Source of the DNA: Nemertoderma westbladi | Taxonomy: Eukaryota; Animalia; Xenacoelomorpha | Assembly: GCA_032718475.1 (NCBI GenBank) | Contig: JAUCBJ010002096.1 | Span: 19,824-83,823, forward strand | DNA length: 64,000 nucleotides | Direction: 5' to 3' | Shown: positions 49,435 through 62,300 of the stretch, piece by piece | Numbering within the stretch: position 1 is the stretch's first letter | Layout: the number at the start of each line of letters is the position of its first letter | Position numbers and translations under genes: made by a program | Notes under the pieces: generated by a model | Databases searched by the model: none | Seen by the model: the letters and a program-made list of their open reading frames with translations, nothing else | Told to the model about the DNA's origin: nothing

Positions 49435-52400
49435 ATGGCGTCGCCAATTCCCTTACGCGAGGAAGTTTTTCAACTCACATACGACGAACTCCCCCTATTA
49501 AGCAGGGACGATGTCAAAGCCTATTTCACGGCATTGAACATCCCTTACGACGTTAAATCGTCTACAGTGCGACTCCGGAAATTACTGTGGGATGCGATAC
49601 GATCCGATCCAGAACACGAAGATAATGAAACCCAACCTCCGGGTGTGGATACACAGCCACCCTTGGATACTGCTACTTACATTAACCAATTATTCTCTAT
49701 GATGACCGCAAAGGAAGAAGTACGGGAAGCGGAGCGACGGATTGAGCGAGAGGAGGAACGACGCCTCCATGATTTGGAGTTGACACGCATACTCGGGGCG
49801 TTGGGCAACAATGCCTCACCTACTACAGGTACTCATGCTACACATACTTACCATCCGTCGACTACCAGGGACGCGATCCGCATTACAGTGCGACCCCCTG
49901 ATCCGCTAGATGATAGCATAGATTACAATGGGTTTAAAAGATGGGAAACCGGCTGGACTAATTACCAACGAGTCGTTAAACTCGAAGAGAAACCCCGCCG
50001 AGACCAGATATCTACATTCTGGACATTCTGCACTCCAGAATTCTTACAGCAAATCGATCGAATAGTTGGAATTCCACAGGATACAAACCAATCTGTCAAT
50101 GAGGTGTTAACCCAGATCCGACAGTACTTAAAGTCACAGCGTAATGTGGCGGTTGACAGGTACCAACTAGTTCGTAGATGCCAGCAAGATAAGGAGCCCA
50201 TCGATGATTTTTACTTAAAACTTTGCGAGTTAGCGGATGATGCAGAGCTGCGTACAATGACAGCTGACGATTGGTTGGCAACACTAATCGTCTGCGGTCT
50301 CCGCAATGAGGAAGTCCGCCAGGAACTCCTTTCAAAGAAACCAGCACTCAACCTCATCGATACTCTCACTCTATGTCGTAATCGTGAGTTAGCAGAGCGT
50401 GATGAGGCCAAACTGCGATCGGCTTCAAAGGGCCAGGCGGTAAACGCGAATACCCGTGGTCGCACCCAATACAAAAACAAATATTATAATTATAAATCCG
50501 GGGGTGATAGGAGTAGAAATCGGAGCGCATCGAAATCCGGAACTGGGAGACGATGCTACCATTGTGGAGGAGAATGGCCACACGAGGAATCTAAACAATG
50601 CAAGGCTAAGGATTCAACTTGCAACGCATGCGGCAAAAAGGGACACTTACAGCCAGTTTGTCGGTCTAAAAATACAAATCCTCCCTATTCTCAAAATTCG
50701 GGACATAAAAACAATGCAGTACTAATTGCTACAGTTACAAATTACTCCGCAAAACCATATGTCGAGATTGAGTTTTATAGAGAAGCTGACAACGTTTACC
50801 TCGGCACACACAAAGTTATCGCCGACACGGGAGCTGAAATGACAGTTTCCGGTATGGGTTTACTACACAAACTACATATCAATGTTGACAGTTTAAGTAC
50901 GAATACCAAAAATCTTATTGGAGTAAATGGTTCTAGTCTCGATACACTCGGTATTCTTCAAATTAAACTCATGGAATGTACATCCGGCAACATATATTCT
51001 GAGAATATAGGTATCTGCAGGGATATACCACACAATGATGTTTATCTATGCCTTACAGCTTTCCGTCATCTAGGAATTGTGCATAGGGAATTTCCCATCC
51101 CAATTCCACAATCCCGTTCCATACGTCCAGTTAATGATGTTAACCAAGTTAAGGATGAAATCAAACAATCATTACTTTCCGAATTCCATGACGTTTTCGA
51201 CTCATCAGAGCAACTTAAAATGATGGACTGCCCACCAATGGTAATAGAGCTTCGTGAAAACGCTGTCCCATTTGCAATATATGCAGCCCGCTCCATTCCA
51301 TTTCCTTTACGCGAGAAAACAAGAATAGAAATTGAGGATATGGTGAAAAAGAATATTATTGAACGAGTTGGAGACCGCGCAGTTCCCTGGTGCCACCCCA
51401 TGGTAGTGGCCAAAAAACCAAACGGAGGTGTTCGAATCACTGCGGATTTAACGAAACTGAACTCCCAAGTTAACCGCACCATACATAATGCTATCACACC
51501 TTTCGATGCCGTATCAAATATTACTCCTTCAGCTAAAATATTTTCATCCCTCGATGCCACCAAAGGATACTGGCAAGTTGAACTCGAGGAAAATTCGCGC
51601 GACTTCACTACATTCCTCACTCCATGGGGCCGCTTCCGGTATTGCCGCGCCCCAATGGGATACATTTCTACAGGAGATTCATACAATCTCAGGGGAGATT
51701 TGGCCTTGAAAGGCATCTCTAGAGTCACAAAGGTTGTAGACGACATACTAATTGAAGATGACAACTTTGACAACCACATATTACGGGTTCGCGAAGTTCT
51801 AGAACGCTGTCGGAAACATTCAATAACCCTTAACCCAAATAAATTCAACTTTGCGGTAGATAAACTATTATATGCTGGTTATATTGTATCTGGCAATGGT
51901 ACCGAGGCCAATCCTAATATTGTTAAAGCAATAATCGACCTTCCCATACCACAGAATATTACCGATTTACGTTCTTTCATGGGAATGGCCAACCAACTGG
52001 GACATTTCAGTTCGGATGTCAGCGCGACTGCAGGCCCATTAAGAGATCTATTACGGACACGCAACAGCTTCACATGGCTCCCTGTCCACACTGAGGCGTT
52101 CAATAATACTAAAAGTGCCCTCACTAGACCGCCTGTATTGGCTCGCTTTGACCCGAACAAAGAAACACGACTGGAAACCGACGCCTCACGTTTACATGGA
52201 TTTGGATTCAACTTGATGCAATATCAAGAAGGAAACTGGCGTTTAATCCTATGTGGCAGTCGATTTCTGTCGGACCCGGAAAGCCGTTACGCCATCATCG
52301 AACTCGAGGCACTCGCTATCCGGTATGCAGTTAAGAAATGTCATTTATATTTATCAGGAATTCCAGAATTTACAGTCATTACAGACCACCGACCATTGAT

Positions 52401-53925
52401 TAACATATTTAATTCGTATTCTCTTAGCCAGGTTGATAATGCTAAACTGCAAAAAGTCAAAGCGGATTTACAATCAAATTACCAATTTATCGTTAAATGG
52501 CGTAGTGGTAAGCAGCATTGCATAGCAGACTGTTTAAGTCGGGCACCTGTGGACGATCCGGACGAGGAAAATAATGAACCGGAAAGCTTCCAATACTCCA
52601 CTGCTGTAAACTCCATTGCAATTGTCGTCTGTGCAGATGAAATTAATGATAAAATTATTGACCCGGTTTTGGATGATATACGACTATCTGGCCAAAACGA
52701 TAACGACTACCAGGCATTAATCACTGCCATCCAATCGTCTTTTACAAATAATTGTGATCGACATCCCTTTGTACAGAAATTCAAATCGATTTGGGATTAT
52801 TTATCTATCGACAAGGGCCTGGTATTATATGGAAATCGTATCGTTATACCTAAAGATAAACGGAGAGAAGTCCTCCAGCACCTCCATGCGGCCCACCAGG
52901 GTATTGTTCGCACAAAGCAGAGAGCCCGTTGTGCGGTATATTGGCCAGGTATAACAAATGAAATAACGCAACTAGTTGAATGTTGTAACTTATGTCAGGA
53001 ACGACAAACAAGTCAACCAAAGGAAGAAATTATATTCGACGCAGTACCTACTCGAATCTTCGAATCTGTTTCTACGGATTTATTTACTCTCGGAGGTTAC
53101 CACTACTTAGTTTACTCGGATCGATTTTCTGGGTACCCTCTAGTCGCCGAGTGGCGAAATGACCCGGATTCCTCAAAGGTCATTTCTATTATTCGAAAAT
53201 TCTTTGTTGATACTGGCGTACCCATCTACCTTCGTTCGGACGGGGGGCCAGAGTTTGCGTCCTCCAAATTCCGAATATTCTTAAAGCGTTGGGGTGTAAA
53301 CCACGTTACCAGTACACCTTATTACCCCCAAAGTAACGGACATGCGGAGTCGGCCGTTAAATCTATTAAAACACTACTCTCAAAGATGCCGAATATTCAT
53401 ATCGATGCAGAAGAATTCCAGGAAGCATTATTGGAACTGAGGAACACACCCCGCAGTGATGGGAAGTCCCCAAACCAACTCGTATTCGGAAATAACTTAC
53501 GATCACGAGTACCTACCCACCACTCTTCATTCTCTCCCCAATGGCAATTGGATGCCGAAGAATTGGATTCTAAGCGAACTATTATTAGGGATAAAGTAGA
53601 AACATATTATAACCACGGGTCGAAAAACTTACCACCATTCAAAGTTGGAGACAAAGTCAGAGTACAGAATATGAAGTCCAAACGATGGGACATAGTCGGA
53701 GATATTATTGGCATTGGTGCGCGACGCGATTACATGGTTAAATTACCATCCGGTCGAACGTATTGGCGAAATCGCAGGTTTATACGGCCATATAATGAAA
53801 CGGAAAATCACTCTCAGTCTAGAAGTGAATCTATGGTAGACTCACAATCCCCCGAACCGGAAGTTACACCATTGCGACGCAGTCAACGTAACGCTCCTAA
53901 ACATGTTACTTTTAATTTGGATTAA
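49435..53925 (+). CDS. Gag-Pol polyprotein (Gag, 2 zinc knuckles, PR, RT, RNase H, IN)
   Basis: CYHC...H...C and CNACGKKGH...C; ADTGA; LDATKGYWQ...PMG...VVDD; TDAS; HAAHQG...C..C; SDGGPEF...SNGHAES. The PR-RT-RH-IN order is Gypsy-like; 1496 aa uninterrupted. Confidence 0.97.
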   Translation: MASPIPLREEVFQLTYDELPLLSRDDVKAYFTALNIPYDVKSSTVRLRKLLWDAIRSDPEHEDNETQPPGVDTQPPLDTATYINQLFSMMTAKEEVREAERRIEREEERRLHDLELTRILGALGNNASPTTGTHATHTYHPSTTRDAIRITVRPPDPLDDSIDYNGFKRWETGWTNYQRVVKLEEKPRRDQISTFWTFCTPEFLQQIDRIVGIPQDTNQSVNEVLTQIRQYLKSQRNVAVDRYQLVRRCQQDKEPIDDFYLKLCELADDAELRTMTADDWLATLIVCGLRNEEVRQELLSKKPALNLIDTLTLCRNRELAERDEAKLRSASKGQAVNANTRGRTQYKNKYYNYKSGGDRSRNRSASKSGTGRRCYHCGGEWPHEESKQCKAKDSTCNACGKKGHLQPVCRSKNTNPPYSQNSGHKNNAVLIATVTNYSAKPYVEIEFYREADNVYLGTHKVIADTGAEMTVSGMGLLHKLHINVDSLSTNTKNLIGVNGSSLDTLGILQIKLMECTSGNIYSENIGICRDIPHNDVYLCLTAFRHLGIVHREFPIPIPQSRSIRPVNDVNQVKDEIKQSLLSEFHDVFDSSEQLKMMDCPPMVIELRENAVPFAIYAARSIPFPLREKTRIEIEDMVKKNIIERVGDRAVPWCHPMVVAKKPNGGVRITADLTKLNSQVNRTIHNAITPFDAVSNITPSAKIFSSLDATKGYWQVELEENSRDFTTFLTPWGRFRYCRAPMGYISTGDSYNLRGDLALKGISRVTKVVDDILIEDDNFDNHILRVREVLERCRKHSITLNPNKFNFAVDKLLYAGYIVSGNGTEANPNIVKAIIDLPIPQNITDLRSFMGMANQLGHFSSDVSATAGPLRDLLRTRNSFTWLPVHTEAFNNTKSALTRPPVLARFDPNKETRLETDASRLHGFGFNLMQYQEGNWRLILCGSRFLSDPESRYAIIELEALAIRYAVKKCHLYLSGIPEFTVITDHRPLINIFNSYSLSQVDNAKLQKVKADLQSNYQFIVKWRSGKQHCIADCLSRAPVDDPDEENNEPESFQYSTAVNSIAIVVCADEINDKIIDPVLDDIRLSGQNDNDYQALITAIQSSFTNNCDRHPFVQKFKSIWDYLSIDKGLVLYGNRIVIPKDKRREVLQHLHAAHQGIVRTKQRARCAVYWPGITNEITQLVECCNLCQERQTSQPKEEIIFDAVPTRIFESVSTDLFTLGGYHYLVYSDRFSGYPLVAEWRNDPDSSKVISIIRKFFVDTGVPIYLRSDGGPEFASSKFRIFLKRWGVNHVTSTPYYPQSNGHAESAVKSIKTLLSKMPNIHIDAEEFQEALLELRNTPRSDGKSPNQLVFGNNLRSRVPTHHSSFSPQWQLDAEELDSKRTIIRDKVETYYNHGSKNLPPFKVGDKVRVQNMKSKRWDIVGDIIGIGARRDYMVKLPSGRTYWRNRRFIRPYNETENHSQSRSESMVDSQSPEPEVTPLRRSQRNAPKHVTFNLD

Positions 53926-53951
53926 AAAACTAACTCTGATGTTTGAACTTT

Positions 53952-53953
53952 GG

Positions 53954-53986
<33 letters not shown>
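53952..53986 (+). promoter_or_regulatory. Polypurine tract GG(A)30GAG
   Basis: Purine run ending 1 nt before the 3' LTR. Confidence 0.8.
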
Positions 53987-53987
53987 T

Positions 53988-54186
53988 TGTTATATCCTTA
54001 TAGGCCATGCCGGATACTGTCTTGGGTGACGGGTTGGACTATGTATGTACCGCAGTACCCTGACTATTGTATCTGTACCAGGCTAGCAATATTAGCACTG
54101 GACCCACTGATGACTGATATTATATTATACATTATATATATTGTGACCTCATATATTATATTACATATATGGTTGGGAACACATCA
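53988..54186 (+). repeat. Gypsy 3' LTR
   Basis: Matches the 5' LTR. Confidence 0.95.
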
Positions 54187-54225
54187 TATATAATAACATG
54201 AGTTATGCCAAAAATAATCCAATTA

Positions 54226-55895
54226 TTATAAAAATCTGTTAAAACTGCAGTATTTTAAAAGGTCTACATCCCGTGCTAAAATATTACTAAAAATATTAAT
54301 GTTTGGGGCTGATGCAGCATTAGAAGGTAGGTCGTTCCACATACTAACTATCCTATTACAAAAATATTTCTGACAAATTTGTAGGCGGCAAAAATTGTGT
54401 TGCAATTTATATTGGTGACCACTAAGACCCCTTCGTGAAGCAAAGCTAAAAAAATCATCAAAATTCATTTGCACTGCACCGGTGATTATAGAGTAAACCT
54501 GTTTTAAATCAAACACATGACGTCTAACTTCGAGTGGTTGTAAGTTTAAGTACTCAAGTCTATCTAAATAAGGCACCATGGTTAATTTACATCTAAAAAA
54601 TAATCTGCGCGTAAAATATCTCTGTACGTGTTCGATCAGATCTATATGTCCTTTGGTAAAAGGAGACCAAATTACTGTACAATATTCCAATAAGGGACGC
54701 ACGTAAGATTTATAAGCACAAATTAGGGCTGCCATATTACGAGTACGAAAACATCTAAAAATCATATTGATTACTTTAGTTGATTTCAGAGCACGCTCAT
54801 GGCAATGTTTATTAAATTTAAAATCACAAGAAATCGTAACTCCCAGATCCTTACAATCATCCTCTGCTTTAACAAGTTTACTATCTAGAAAATATTGCTG
54901 TTGAGGGTTATTGTAACCTAAATAGAGCACTATACATTTGTGTGGAGCGATATTCAACTGCCATTTATTAGACCATTCTGTGATTTTGTACAGGGACTGT
55001 GATATCAGTAAGTGGTCGCTGGATGGCGCATATATTTTGACGTCGTCAGCAAATAGTTTACACGATAACCCTAAATTAAAAATATCCGGTAAATCGTTAA
55101 TAAAAAGCACAAATAAAATTGGACCTAGTACGCTACCTTGTATGGTGCCCGACGTAACTGGACTATAATCCGAGAAACTACTACCAACTAAAATACGTTG
55201 TGATCTATATGCGAGAAAAGCCTTTAACCAATAAAATAAGTCACCTACTATACCGTAAGAAGAAAGTTTACATAAAAGTTTTTGGTGCACAACAGAATCA
55301 AAGGCTTTCGCAAAGTCTATGTAGATTACATCAACAGTGCACTTTCTATCTAATAATTTAATCCAATCCTTTGTACATTCTAATAGCTGGGTACATGTAG
55401 ACTTATTTTTTAAGAAGCCATGTTGGGCCTTATTAATTAATTTGTTAGTAAATAAGTAATCACACAAATCTTGTTTAATACACTGCTCCATAATTTTACA
55501 CGCAATACAAGTCAATGAAACGGGTCTGTAGTTATATGGGTCACTCGAGTTTCCTTTTTTGTACAACGGGACAATAATAGCTGTAGACCAAATTGAAGGA
55601 AGGGCATGTGATTTAAAAGAAATATTAAAAATAACAGATAACGGTAAAGATAAAACTGACGCTAAATTACTGAATAAAATGCACAGAAAACCGTCAGTCG
55701 TACGACTTGTTTTAGAACCTAATTTACGAATAATTGAGAAAACACGATCAACTGAAAAATCGACTTTAGAAATATATACAGATTGCGGGACCCTCCGCGT
55801 AAATGTAGGGCAATCGTTATTATCAATATTAAAATTGTCTGACAGAACCTTAGCGAAAATATCAGCCTTGACGGCATCATCTACAATTGTGGCAC
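54226..55895 (-). mobile_element. CR1-group LINE ORF2 (RT), open frame, cut at its 5' side by element 2
   Basis: YKKG...NYRPVSLT, QHGF, IDFAKAFDSV, QGSVLGP, FADD, KDLGV, VRPLLEY. The frame stays open upstream of 55566 (KADIF...WSTAIIVPLYKKG) up to the TG at 55896. Confidence 0.92.
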
Positions 55896-56921
55896 TGTAA
55901 AAGCTTTTGTGGGATAACTGGTTCGTTTGCCTTGCTGGCCAGTTCCCCCCCGGGCGCTGAGATACTCTAAAAGGGATCTATAGCTAAAATAGTGCAAGCT
56001 ACCCGCTTAGTGGCTGATTTGCTGTACGAAGGTATCTGGGCTCCGTTTAATCGGCCAACCAGCCTAGGAAGGTTGCGTCATAGCCCTGTTTCTGTATCTG
56101 CCAATAGAATTTGAGTTGGCTTTGATTTTGACCTATCACCGAGCTACTGAACTGAATTTTCCTATCTCACTGCTCTTTCTCTGTGTTGGACGGGAGCTTC
56201 GTGGAATAAGGGTAGTTGGTATCTTCGTATAGAGCAGTAGTCACATGTTTCTGTTGTTGTGTTCCCATTTTTCGCCATAACACCGGCTTTTGGAACAACT
56301 CTAGCAAAAACTGCTTAGATTATAGAAAAGTATAACTGTTACCGGCGGTGTTACCTCACTTAATTTAACTGCACTAATCATATTGTTTGTACTGCTATTT
56401 ACCGTCAGTTATTAATTGTATCGATTTGTTGATGAAATATTGTCATTTGGAGAATATTGATAAATCACCCAAATTTCCCAATTTTCTTGATACACTACAG
56501 GTTAGAGAGACAGGCTATATATAACAATTGCGATTTATGTCAATGTGGTGTGTATTGAATCTGAGTCAGTTGCTGTTCTCTTTATGTGTGATCAAATTGA
56601 CTGACGGTCGGCAGAATAGTGTGCATGATTGTGAGTGTGACTGGTAACAAAGCATTTCCTAAAGAATGCGCCTTATACTTTAATCATAAGCCTTATCGTT
56701 GCGTTTAGTATAAGTCCTAGCTCTGTTTAAATAGATAGAGCGCCACGTCCTAAAGGAACTGTTAATATTTCCCGAAAGTTAATAATATCTGTCAGAAATT
56801 ACATATTAGCGATCAATCGAATAATACAGTAGGCTTACACTGCAACCTTACACTGCAATAATAAAATCTAAGCATCCGAATTCAGCCTCCCGGGTGTATC
56901 CATCAGGTGAATGATCGCGCA
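55896..56921 (+). repeat. 5' LTR-like unit of element 2 (~1026 bp)
   Basis: The 3' half is collinear with 6990-7551; ends TGATCGCGCA followed by TGG. Confidence 0.55.
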
Positions 56922-57114
56922 TGGGCTGGCTTCGGCTAATGTTTTGTTTATTAGCATAAAATATTGTCGTATGCTAAAGGTGTGTTAATTAACTAAAAGA
57001 CATATAAATTTTGGCAGGTTAAACTGCTAAAGGTCTTCAAAAGCGCGAACAGTAACAGTTATAGATCTTATTGCAGTAAGCAATAAGGTTGCAAAATACC
57101 GTAGTGACCGGTAA

Positions 57115-59200
57115 ACCTGAACCGGTACTTCTGTAGGTCAGTAGGCCCAACTGCCAGAACCGGTACTGCTGTAGGTCCGTAGGTCCAACTGCCAGAACCG
57201 GTACTTCTGTAGGTCTGTAGGCCCAACTGTCCTAACCGGTACTGCTGTATAAGTACATTAGTATTATTCGAATTTGATTATTGTATACCGGTAGGTCTTA
57301 GTATTTAATCAGGGACTGCAGCCCTGGTTTTTATTGGGATTTTACCTATTTCTGTCGGTTTTATTTCCTAGTAAGTTAATATTGAGCTGAAGACGTGTAA
57401 GTCTGCTCAGATTGTTCAGATAATTATAGGCTGCGCTGCTGTCTGACTGTTGTTGGGTTTGGAGAGATTATGGCGTGTGTAGAGTTTGTCTGATAAAGTG
57501 CCGTTAGTAAGTTGGGGCAGCCATATGCTGTAAGGTCAATCCCCTCTTAAAGAATAAGTCGTACTACCGTGTTAGAACGCATACTAACTAACTATTTCAG
57601 AATCTGCATATACTGTAGTTTATTTAGGCTTGATCGTAGTCTGCCAGCGTTTTAGCCTGTGTTTGTTTGTGTGGTCTGTTCAGGTACCGTAATAGTTATT
57701 ACTCAGATATTTTGTAGGCTGGATTGTTGTCTAGCTATTATTAGGTCTGAAGAGATTGCTGTGTGTGTGGAGTTTGTCTGATAAAGTGCCGTTAGTAAGT
57801 TGGGGCAGCCATATGCTGTAAGGTCAATCCCCTCTTAAAGAATAAGTCGTACTACCGTGTTAGAACGCATACTAACTAACCATTTCAGAATCTACACGTA
57901 CGGTAGTTTATTTAGGCTTGGTGGTAGTCTGCCAGCGTTTGGTTTGTATTTTGTTTGAGTATTCTGTACGGGTAGCGTAATATTTATTATTCAGAGTTTA
58001 TGCGATTATTCGCAACATTCATGTCCCCAAGTTTATTCCTACAGTAATTGTGCTTGTTATACATACCGTTATAGTTAAATTAACCTCGGTACTACATGGG
58101 CTGCTTGGCGTAGGACAAGACTGGTGACTTTGTGCTCTGGTCACTCCAGCAGATGCCGTGGTTCTTTTAACTGTTCAAGTAAATTTAACTACTGATTATT
58201 TGTTGTACCGGTACTTGTACCTAATTTAGGGTTTAGTGTACAGTGCTTTCCGAAGTAATTAGTGTGTAGGCAGTATATTTGTGTTGTAAAGTAGTTAATA
58301 GGCACGCTGGATCTGGTAGTCCGCGGTAATTAACTTCTAGGTAGGAACACTCCGTGATACATAACGTAGTACCTATAGCGATACGGTTATAGGTCGTCAG
58401 GCGGTGGTATTTTCCTATCTGGACAGTGCAATATATTTACTGCTACTTATTATTTCAAATACCGTAGTACCCTGTCCGTTGTAATAACCAGAAATCTAAC
58501 CCTTTGTTAGGCTGGTTTGTAGACTTCCTGTAAAATTACCCTAAAAATTTCGTACGTAATATTTTTGTTGTGTTTTAATTAGAGAATTAATCTCACCCGT
58601 ATCGTAAGTAATTTGTAGTATTAAGTAACTTAGGTAAATTAGAATTATCTGTTTTAGTGTCTCAATAAGTAACACTTCACTGAGAGCGCACAGCTTCTGT
58701 GTAGTGACTCCCCGAGAAATAATAACATTTATTTCAAATATTGACAAAACCCTTTTAAACGGGTATATATCTATTATAAATCAACTCAAACGATTTATAA
58801 ATAGTAGGCCTGCCATACAACAACTAGGTCTCAATATCAGTTGGACTACTGCTTAAATAACGGTAATAAAGTAAGTTAAAGTAACCAAGTAACCCTAAAA
58901 TATTCAGAAATTCAATTATTCTAAAATAATTGACATACCGGTATTTACCATAGGCTTATTATATTTATCTCTATAAATTTGAGCTGAAATCATACCGGTA
59001 CTCTGTAATCAATTCTAGTTTGTAATAATTATACTTATATATACTATAAGTGTCAGCTGTATACCGGTATTCACGATAGGCCTATTATATATTTATATAT
59101 ATTTGTGCTAAAATTATATACCGGTACTCTGTGACAAATCTAGTCTGTAATAATACTTATATATATACTATAAGCATACCGGTATTCTAATATATTGTAT
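57115..59200 (+). repeat. Leader duplications: ~39-bp x4 (57118-57250), 288-bp x2 (57460-58000), ~125-bp x2+ (58930-59190)
   Basis: ATAAAGTGCCGTTAG at 57493 and 57781; AACCGGTACT.CTGTA repeats; ATACCGGTA repeats. Confidence 0.9.
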
Positions 59201-59322
59201 ATATATCACGTTACACCGAGTAACGGTATCGGTAATAAATCGCTAGGCTTGCGATCATACTGAATTACTAGACTTGCTTTAACTGAAACTATAGTAGTAG
59301 ACATTCAACTGTATAGCTAAAC

Positions 59323-62300
59323 ATGTCTGACACTCAGCAAAACCTGTCAGACAGTCTGATCGATACAACCATCTGTGACACAGATAGGAGTGTGGAGCGA
59401 TTAAGAAAAGAGTTCAGCTCACCTCCTACTGCAAGAAAGGTCATCCCTCCAGTAGTATCAGACCCTAGGCTGATCCACCATAGGTCCATTATAGGCACTC
59501 GGGCACAGGTCAAACGGAACCAAGAGGCAGTTGTCCTATCGCAGCAACATCTTGGTCAAGAACCTACTTCCCAGCGACCCGATAGCTCCAGTAGTTCGGA
59601 TACTGTAGAGCTGACCCCCGAACGCGGAGTGCAGATGGCTGCTACAGTCTACTCGGACCCCCTTCTCACCCTTCCTGCTGCAGTGCTAACTACTATATTC
59701 ATTGCGGTGGAGGAACATCAAGCCGACTGGGCGAGAAATAAGCGAGCGACCCAAGATAATTATGCGGGATACGCCAGGGAAGAATTGATGCCTACTGTCG
59801 AGTCACAATGGAACTTTCCCGGACTCGGACTCCCGTTGGATCTGTCCGAAGCTACTTGGGAAGATATACACAGGATGGGAGTGGCTAAAGATACAATGGA
59901 TCCAGCTGTTTGGAAGAGGTCGGCAGCAGGATATGTGCAGGGATTCTTCGACTCCTTGGAGCGATTGGAAGAACAACTGTTTCGACAACCCCAAGGACCT
60001 CAAGAGCAGGAAGAGCTGCTATACCAAGTACGCGAAAGAACCCTACGCATTCGACTAATCCTCTCAGCCTTTGAGGAAACTTCCAAAAGAAGACAGGACA
60101 CGTCGCTGCAGGTTGCTGTCAAAACTTGGTTACATCGGGTAGGTCTCAAAGTACAGGAAACGGCCCAGTGGAAATCCCAGCTGGCTGAGAGATCAACCTA
60201 TGAAGAACAAACTGATGTCACCCTTTCTCAAGCGGAAAGCGAAGAGACCGCCCAGAAACCGCGAACTAGAGACGCTATCGACATTTATCTGTCCGACTAT
60301 CAGCGATTCCTAGGAGACGAAGAGTTGAGGAGACGGCTGTCTGGACTTTCCCCTAAGAGTGAAGGAACCAAGCTTGTGTTGGACTCAATCGATGCCGAAA
60401 TGTTAGCTGCAAACCAAGCTGAATTTGATGAAAAACTCCGCCTCACTAGAGTCCGAGAAGAACAAGTAAAGGCAGAAGCCGAAAGAAAGGCGGCAAAAGC
60501 AGAAGCCGAAAGAAAGGCGGCAGAAGCAGAAGCCGAAAGAAAGGCGGCAAAAGCAGAAGCCGAAAGAAAGGCGGCAGAAGCAGAAGCAGAAAGAAAAGCA
60601 GCAGTGGCAGAAGCAGAACGGAGAGCTTCTGAGGAGACTATCCAACTGGAGTTGGAAAATCTGCAAGAGACGCAAGACAGTATAAATAAACAGTTTACTG
60701 CTAATCAAATGCAGATGATGAGAAAATCTACTCCCAAGCGCCAGGGATACACATCCTCGGAGGAAGGCGAGACCACCGATCCTGAAGGCGGAGGAAATAG
60801 ATCTCATCTAAGTAGGCGTAGAAAAACATCTTACCGTCGCAAATTGCCTGATTTGCCCCCAGCTGTTAGAAGACAGCTAGTTAGCACAGACTTGAGTAGT
60901 ATGGAACCTACAGCCCAAAGTATTAAGGTCAAAAGACTCCCTACAATAGTTGATGAGCCTGAAATAATTAGGCCTGTCGTTCCCAAAGTCACTTCTGTGT
61001 TAGAGACCCCTGTACTTCCAGAGCTTAACTCTAAATTCCCTTTACATAGTACTACACTGCCTGTACCCGGTAGAACAGTCCAAGAGAATATCCCTGTCCG
61101 GATAGCAGAGAGAGAAATCAAAGATTTGTCTCCCGTCGTCCCGCGTCAGCCCGCTACTATGTTGGCGACTCCCGCTTCGGCGGTTGAGTGGGTAGAAGAG
61201 GGACGGCGGGGGATGAATCTCCTGCTAGGACAGATGCAGGAGACTGTCCACCAACTTAAGGGAACAGTGAGGGAAGGTAGAGCAGAGTTGCAAGAAGTGC
61301 AGCAAAGTATCGCACTAGAACGCGACAAATTAGTCAATATCCAAAAGGGCATACCAATACCCCCTGTAACATTGTGTCAACCTGTTAGGTCTGAAGTACT
61401 ACATGCGCAAGGTGTGGAGCCTACACGCATCTATACTGCTAGTGAAGTAGAAACTCCTATAGCAAACCCTATTAAGGGTGATTATACGTCTGTTGCTAAT
61501 GATATTCCCTATAGACCTGATAATAATCCGAGAAATTTATATACCGATAATTCGATATTAAATAACACGATGGCCCAAGAAAGCTTTACGCGTCAGATGG
61601 CTAGAACAGAAGCCCGCCAAGCGGTCAAAGTGGGAGAGATCGTCAAATTCAATGGAGATGAGATGAAATGGTTACCTTTCAACGAATATTACAAAGATAG
61701 CATACAGAACTCTGTACTATCTAACGGAGAGAAACTTAGATTCCTCATCAAGTGCTTGGAAGGACCTCCCAAGTTAATGGCGTTAAAGTTTATTGGACAT
61801 CCAGATGGATTAAGACAAGTTTGGGATACATTAAACATCAGGTATGGTAACAAGGATAACATAGCTAAGTATTTGTATGCAAAATTAGTAGCCCCCCGAC
61901 ACTTCCTTAGTAGCGGGATTATAGAGTTTTCCGATGAGATTCAAGAGATCTGTAGACAACTGGACTGGTTAGGTAAGTTGCATGAATATCAGAGTTCCAT
62001 GGTCATTGGAGCCGTAGTCTCTACTTTACCAAAGGGTGGAGTATGTACGCGCTGGGACAAGAAAGTGTTGTACATGAATGAACAACAACGACGAAGTCCT
62101 ACCATGGCTGATCTCATGTCCTTCTTAGATAGTGAAGTAAAATTACAACTCATAAGGCAGTCCAGAGAGAAAACATCGGAAAATAAGGTAAGTGAGAAAC
62201 CCGTTTCTAGGAGAAGGATAATACCAGTGTGTTATACTGACGACGGCGAAAGCCAAGCTTCTCAAGAAGAGGACAGCGGGAAAGACACAGCAAAATCTTA

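Larger units (their letters stand above)
49110..54186 (+). mobile_element. Intact Ty3/Gypsy LTR retrotransposon (Mag-like)
   Basis: Two 199-bp LTRs (TG...CA) that read identical, a PBS, a single gag-pol ORF and a PPT. Confidence 0.97.

Noticed and set aside
51066-52211. Antisense ORFs within the Gypsy pol and other retro ORFs
   Set aside because: Shadows of the sense coding frame with no independent features.
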